Assembly (NCBI GenBank): GCA_964252035.1
Contig: OZ176204.1
Length of the DNA: 64,000 nucleotides
Reading direction: 5' to 3' (one strand)
Origin: Podarcis erhardii
Taxonomy: Eukaryota
In this document: positions 58,932 to 64,000 of the stretch, piece by piece
How the letters are laid out: the number at the start of each line of letters is the position of its first letter
Position numbering within the stretch: position 1 is the first letter of the stretch
Program-made: the position numbers and the translations under genes
Notes under the pieces: model-generated
Told to the model about the DNA's origin: nothing
Databases searched by the model: none
What the model saw: only the letters and a program-made list of their open reading frames with translations

Positions 58932-59168
58932 AGAGCCACTGTGGTGTAGTGATTAGTGTCAGGATAGGACCAGGGAGACAAGCATTCAAAGCCCCACTTA
59001 GCCATCGGGCTCACTGGGTGACCTTGGACCAGTCACTGCCTCTAACCTTAACCTACCTTACAAGGTTGTTGTGGGGATTAAGTGAGGAGCAGCAGAACTA
59101 TGTATGCCACCTTTAGATCCTTGGAGAAAAAGATGGGCTATGAATATAATCACTCAATCAGTCAATAA
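58932..59168 (+). mobile_element. Squam3 (Ther1/MIR-derived) SINE, near full length
   Basis: AGAGCCACTGTGGTGTAGTG (A box), CTCACTGGGTGACCTTGGACCAGTCAC and AACCTACCTTACAAGGTTGTTGTG core, A/T-rich tail. Confidence 0.75.
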
Positions 59169-61664
59169 ACCCAATGCCTTTCGGCATATATCAATGTTAG
59201 GCCTTCATTGGAGGTTGAAATGTAAAGTCGAAACAAACTGCAGAGCCATCTGATAATAGAAGTCAATTTTTTTTCTTTACTGTCAGGTGATTTGCAATGA
59301 CTTTAGTCTCTCTCTACACACACACACACACACGGGCTTACATTTTTTTTCTTTGGATGGTGGTTTAGCAGGAGATGTGCTGGAAAAGCCCTCCAACCCC
59401 ATTTCCTCTCTCTCTGCCTTGCTGTATGAAGGGAAGAGGTGCAAAGCCTTGCTGGGTGGGAGGTAGCAGGGCTGCCAGTTGTAGCTGCCAGTGCCAGATG
59501 TGGACCATCAGCCAAGTCCAGAGTCTGGGGTGGTCACTCTGTTTCACCTCAACCCTCCACCAGTGATGGCCCTTCTTTTCGGTGGGTGAACAAGCAACGT
59601 AAGTCTGTGTAACATACAGTATCCTTCCCTCCCGTTACTTAGAGCAGTCTTTGATATATTAATTCATTAGACTTTCAGAAGTTTATGTACTCGCTGTACA
59701 ACTAAAGTAGGTGCATTTTACATGTTATGAATGTGTTAGGTCACTTTTGTTTTCATCAGCAGATTTTCACAATTAGAGACCTGTTTTATCTTTAGCCATA
59801 AAGCCAAGAGTACAAACCACTGAGGGCAAGCATGCAGAAATTCAGATAGATTAGTTAATCAGACGGAATAGTTTTTTCTATTATGCAAGACTTTCCCCAA
59901 GTCTAGAGCTGCTCTGTTAACATTTCATTAGATGCTTCGCTCTCTTGGGTAATCCCCTTAATACATAATTTTCTATCCAAGGAGCCTCCCTCGTATGTTG
60001 TCTGTGAGGAAATGGGTATGAATATTTCATAAACAAGACAAAGGTGACAGCTAAGGCATTTTAGCTGCTATTAAAACAAAAATTAAAAATAAGGCCAGAA
60101 ACTTGCCAAGTGCAAATTCTATTAAGGGCTTTGGCACTAGAAATATGTTATAGTTTAATAGATTATGAGGGCAGAAAAAATGTTTGTGTAATGCTTTCAG
60201 TGCTTCAAAAAATACCTAAAATACAGTTCTGTATTTAGTATTGATTTCTAGAGGTACCCAGATTACTTTCCCATGGCAGAATTAACAACAAGCAAGGCAC
60301 AGACATTACTTTTGCCGCTTCAGAATCTGTAGTGAGCAAAACTGACTTCTGATTGTGGAGATCTTGGTGGGTCATAGTTAACATGTCAAACAGCACACTG
60401 ACAAAATGTCTAGGCAGTAATGCGAATGTGCTGCTTCCAACATCTTCAAGATGCCTGCATAGAGTTCTCTTCCAGGGAGATGAATGATGCATACTCATAA
60501 GACAGAAAGTGGGGAATGAGTAGCTTCTGATACCTTCTCGGCTAACAGTTCAGCACTGGGGTTCTTTTTCTCATTAGGGGCACAAATCTGCTAGTTTGCA
60601 GAGGGTACCATTGCTTACTTATAAGGTGTTGCTGAGCTACACACACAACTAGGGAAAGTTTGCAAAGCTTGATATTCTTGTAGGCAAAGCATTATACCTG
60701 CCATATTTTAAAACGTGGGAGATTTGTTAGAGCTTAGTTTTTCCAGAAATGTGTGTTTGAAATTATATGTATTTTCCCCCCTTGTATCACACTGCTCAGT
60801 ATTTTTATTAGTCATTTTGTTGATTCAAATCACTCTTCCAAAGCATGGTTTACCTTGCACGTGCCCAGGGCACCTCACGCAAAAGGAAACTTCTCAGTGT
60901 ATATTTTCAGATTTGTGGCAAGGAAGGAATGCATAGGAAAAAAACCTGTCGGAAATAATGCAACAGTGAAAGGGGGAGCAGAGAGCTGGCCTAGGCTAAA
61001 TGCCATGCCTCACATGCCAGGATTATACTCTGAGGATTTGTGCCCATTTCTGCTTCACAAGGAATGTTGCCAGGCAGAAGAGTTGTTAGTATGCCCATGG
61101 TGGGGTTTACTAGCTTCCGCACAGTGTTAGGTGGCTCCTTAACTTTAGGATGAGGAATTTTAAAAAATTTACACAGCATGAAGTGATTGCCGTTCACTGG
61201 GTTTCCCTCCCTTTCTCTGGCAAAAATGTGCATTCCATGACCAGGCTAAATTGAGGAAGAAGCCAATGCAGTTTACTCAGAAGATTAGAGGAGCAGTAAA
61301 ATGCTATTGCTGATACTATGAATTGCTTAATTTCTTTTTGTTTTGGAGCAATTAGAATGTGGGGAACATACTGAGGTCCTCTCCTATTCTCACTCTCCTT
61401 TGAAGGACCCTTTTATCTATCCACCTTTACTTGCAAAAGGGCCATATATTTATTTAGATGCCTACTATTTTATGAATTGCCACATGTCTAAAGGCAGTAG
61501 TATTATGATGCGGACCCTACAGCATCCCTTTTAAATATGGTCTAGTCATCCATTTTCATCTACCAAACACAAGAGCTCTACAAGTCTCTCTCGCAAATCC
61601 TTGAATGAAATAGCTATGGCTAAATGAGCAATGCTGCATTTCTTTCTTTCTTCCTTTCTTTTAG

Positions 61665-61761
61665 GGGACAGTATCTTTTTAAGAACAAGCCGCCCGATGG
61701 GATAGCCCCTCCTAATTCCTTCTACAGAGCACTTTATCCCAAAATTATACAGGATATAGAG
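61665..61761 (+). CDS. BTRC: BTRC coding exon (exon 7 equivalent): (W)[32 protein letters not shown]
   Basis: Long pyrimidine tract and ttttag ending 61664, donor GTAAGA at 61762; 97 nt, phase 2/0. Confidence 0.98.
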
Positions 61762-62552
61762 GTAAGAGCCAGAAAAAAAAGGCTATGCAATTGTATGTGA
61801 AACCCTCATCTGAGCTCCTTTGTTGTGTGTGAAACAATTCAAATTTCCTGCACAGATGCCAGCCAGTTATAGCTTCCTACTGCATCTACCGTAGAATGAA
61901 AGAAAAGCTGGATGTGATAGTGTGTACATATTTGTACACATTTTCCCTCTGAGTCCTGTTTAAAAAAACAACAACTGTTTGAGCTTCTCCAAGTGTCACT
62001 GAGACCAAATCAAGGCAACCTGCATTTTTTACAGTACTCACTGTTGACCTTAATTCTGGAGAAGCTGTTCAAAAGAAAAGAGAATTGTGGCCAGTTCAGC
62101 ATTCTTGAAGATCACTGAAGGGACAGATACCTGTGGAGCCATCAGTGTGGGGGAAGGGGGAAAACCTACCTAATGGACAGTCAACACAAGGGGAAATGAA
62201 CATCCCGGGTTTTATCCAATGTTAGCCCTACTCAGAGTAGACACACTGAAATGAATGGAACTAATTAGCCCACTAATTTCAGCTATATTCTAGATATCTG
62301 GTGCCTTTGCTTTCTTTGTAGTAACTAGAATCATCTTAGAGGGATTTGAAACTTTATGGAAGCTAGGGATTGGGAAAGTGGCAGGGAGAAGGACTTGTCC
62401 CCTTTCCTTCCAGCCTGCTCTGGGACTATCTAATGATAAATGATTTCAGCATCAGAGCTGCTTCTGTTGTCCCAGGAGTCCAGCAGGCTTTATTGGTGCA
62501 AAATTTCCATGTTGTTTGTTCAACACTTTATAATTGTTTCTCTCTCCCCCAG

Positions 62553-62690
62553 ACAATAGAATCAAACTGGCGGTGTGGAAGGCACAGCTTACAGCGAATC
62601 CACTGCCGAAGTGAAACAAGCAAAGGGGTTTATTGTTTACAATATGATGATCAGAAGATAGTAAGTGGCCTCCGAGACAATACCATCAAG
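62553..62690 (+). CDS. BTRC: BTRC coding exon (exon 8 equivalent), linker and WD40 repeat 1: [46 protein letters not shown]
   Basis: Acceptor cccccag ending 62552, donor GTGAGA at 62691; 138 nt, phase 0/0. Confidence 0.98.
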
Positions 62691-63219
62691 GTGAGAGCTC
62701 CCCAGTGGGCAATGATTGAACACAAAATCCATTCCCCAGAAGAATGCAGGTGTAACTTCATTTAGGAGGACTAATGCAAGAGAGAAACAGAGAAGGATGA
62801 GGTTAATCCTTGTCTTCCTTTCCCTCCCCTCGTGCCCCCCATCAAGTCTGACTATGAATTGCATTGGTTTTCCTCCCTTTCTTCCAAACAAGGAGGATAA
62901 ATCTATATTATCTGTTTCATTTTCTTGCATTCTGTTCAGTGCTAGCCACGTTATTGGTCCTTCAGTAATTAAAGTCTTCCTGTTCCCTAATGAGAAGGGT
63001 AAAGACTATGTTCATATTAAAACAGAGATATTAAGGATAGTTTATATTGCTCCAAAGTGCCTGTGGAATACAAAGTGCACTGTGTGCCACTTAGAAGAAG
63101 TTCTGCTCGCCTTAGTAAATAAAATGCTGTGTTACAGAAAAACAAAAGAGCCAGTCTAGCAATACAATCTGTTTACCTTGTGGTGAAATCCCAAATGTGT
63201 GCCCTTTTTGCCTTCCTAG

Positions 63220-63338
63220 ATTTGGGACAAGAATACGCTAGAATGCAAGAGGGTTCTGACTGGACACACGGGGTCAGTCCTTTGCCTCCAGTACGATGAG
63301 CGGGTGATCATCACTGGATCATCGGATTCCACTGTCAG
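63220..63338 (+). CDS. BTRC: BTRC coding exon (exon 9 equivalent), WD40 repeats 1-2: [39 protein letters not shown](R)
   Basis: Acceptor ttcctag ending 63219, donor GTAGCT at 63339; 119 nt, phase 0/2; contains WD and GH motifs. Confidence 0.98.
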
Positions 63339-63824
63339 GTAGCTATTTATTTATTGAGAATGCTTATATCCCTCTTTTCTAACAAATACAGGCCTCCAAG
63401 GCAGTTTACCCCATAATTAAAACAATCCATTTTAGTGAAAAAATATATAAAAGGCAGAGAATAGAGCCAACAGTCAATAAGCAAAAAAAATTAAACAGAA
63501 AGCAATTAACCAACCAGATAAAAGCTTTTGAAAATGAAGCCTAAAAGTTAACAGTTTGCATGCAGTGTCAAACCGTAGTTTGGAATAAATTATATTGAGA
63601 TTGGGGGATTATATGATGAGTGTCTTGGCTACCATGCTACTCCTAATGCTCAAGAAGAGGTTGCAAGTAAGAAAGATGGATTTGCTCCACAAGCCCTATT
63701 CAAATTCTGCCCTCAAAACAGAGACGGTGGAAGGCATGCACAAGGAATGGAAGGCTGTTTCTATACGTTTTGGTAAAAATAGCCTTCAGAGTCAGCAATT
63801 TAAACCCTTGATTCCAGGGTTATC

Positions 63825-63825
<1 letters not shown>

Positions 63826-63869
<44 letters not shown>
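63826..63869. repeat. (AC)22 microsatellite
   Basis: Directly visible. Confidence 0.97.
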
Positions 63870-63871
<2 letters not shown>

Positions 63872-64000
63872 GTCCTTGGGAACAGATAGCTGTCAGCACG
63901 TTTTCTTGAGCATACAGATTCTCCTTGCATGAAATATCCAATTAAATTCCTTAATGCCAGCCATTAATATATTATACAATGCTTTTAGCAGGACAAAAGG

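Larger units (their letters stand above)
10999..63338 (+). other. BTRC: BTRC gene, partial span (7 internal coding exons and 6 introns; 5' and 3' ends outside window)
   Basis: Exon lengths 78/90/232/187/97/138/119 nt with phases 0-0-0-1-2-0-0-2 splice into one uninterrupted frame. The peptide matches beta-TrCP1 as recalled; [20 protein letters not shown] is BTRC-like rather than FBXW11-like. Confidence 0.97.

Noticed and set aside
53761-63338. Assignment to paralogue FBXW11 (beta-TrCP2)
   Set aside because: N-terminal and D-domain-flanking residues ([31 protein letters not shown]) match BTRC as recalled.

Overview
Vertebrate genomic DNA, very probably from a lacertid lizard (inferred from Sauria-type and Squam-type SINEs, L2/CR1/L1 LINEs, Penelope-like fragments and squamate MITEs). 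The window holds seven consecutive coding exons of BTRC (beta-TrCP1, F-box/WD40 E3 ligase adaptor) on the + strand: 10999-11076, 20131-20220, 53761-53992, 58035-58221, 61665-61761, 62553-62690 and 63220-63338. All have AG/GT boundaries and join into one open frame of 941 nt, covering the N-terminal region, D domain, F-box and first WD40 repeats; gene start and end lie outside the window. The rest is intron. Most interesting: (1) Penelope-like retroelement fragments carry a minimal type I hammerhead ribozyme motif, two copies sense to the BTRC pre-mRNA, one of them inside a perfect 97-bp-arm hairpin with a 15-bp TSD 170 nt upstream of an exon. (2) An ancient AmnSINE1 Deu-domain-like relic lies in the long intron. 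(3) Eight short N-runs sit in non-repetitive, CpG-retaining DNA, in an arrangement resembling the ultraconserved elements I recall in human BTRC introns. (4) Several motif-dense candidate enhancers occur in this LBX1-BTRC-FGF8 regulatory landscape. Repeat family names come from remembered consensus sequences, not a database search.
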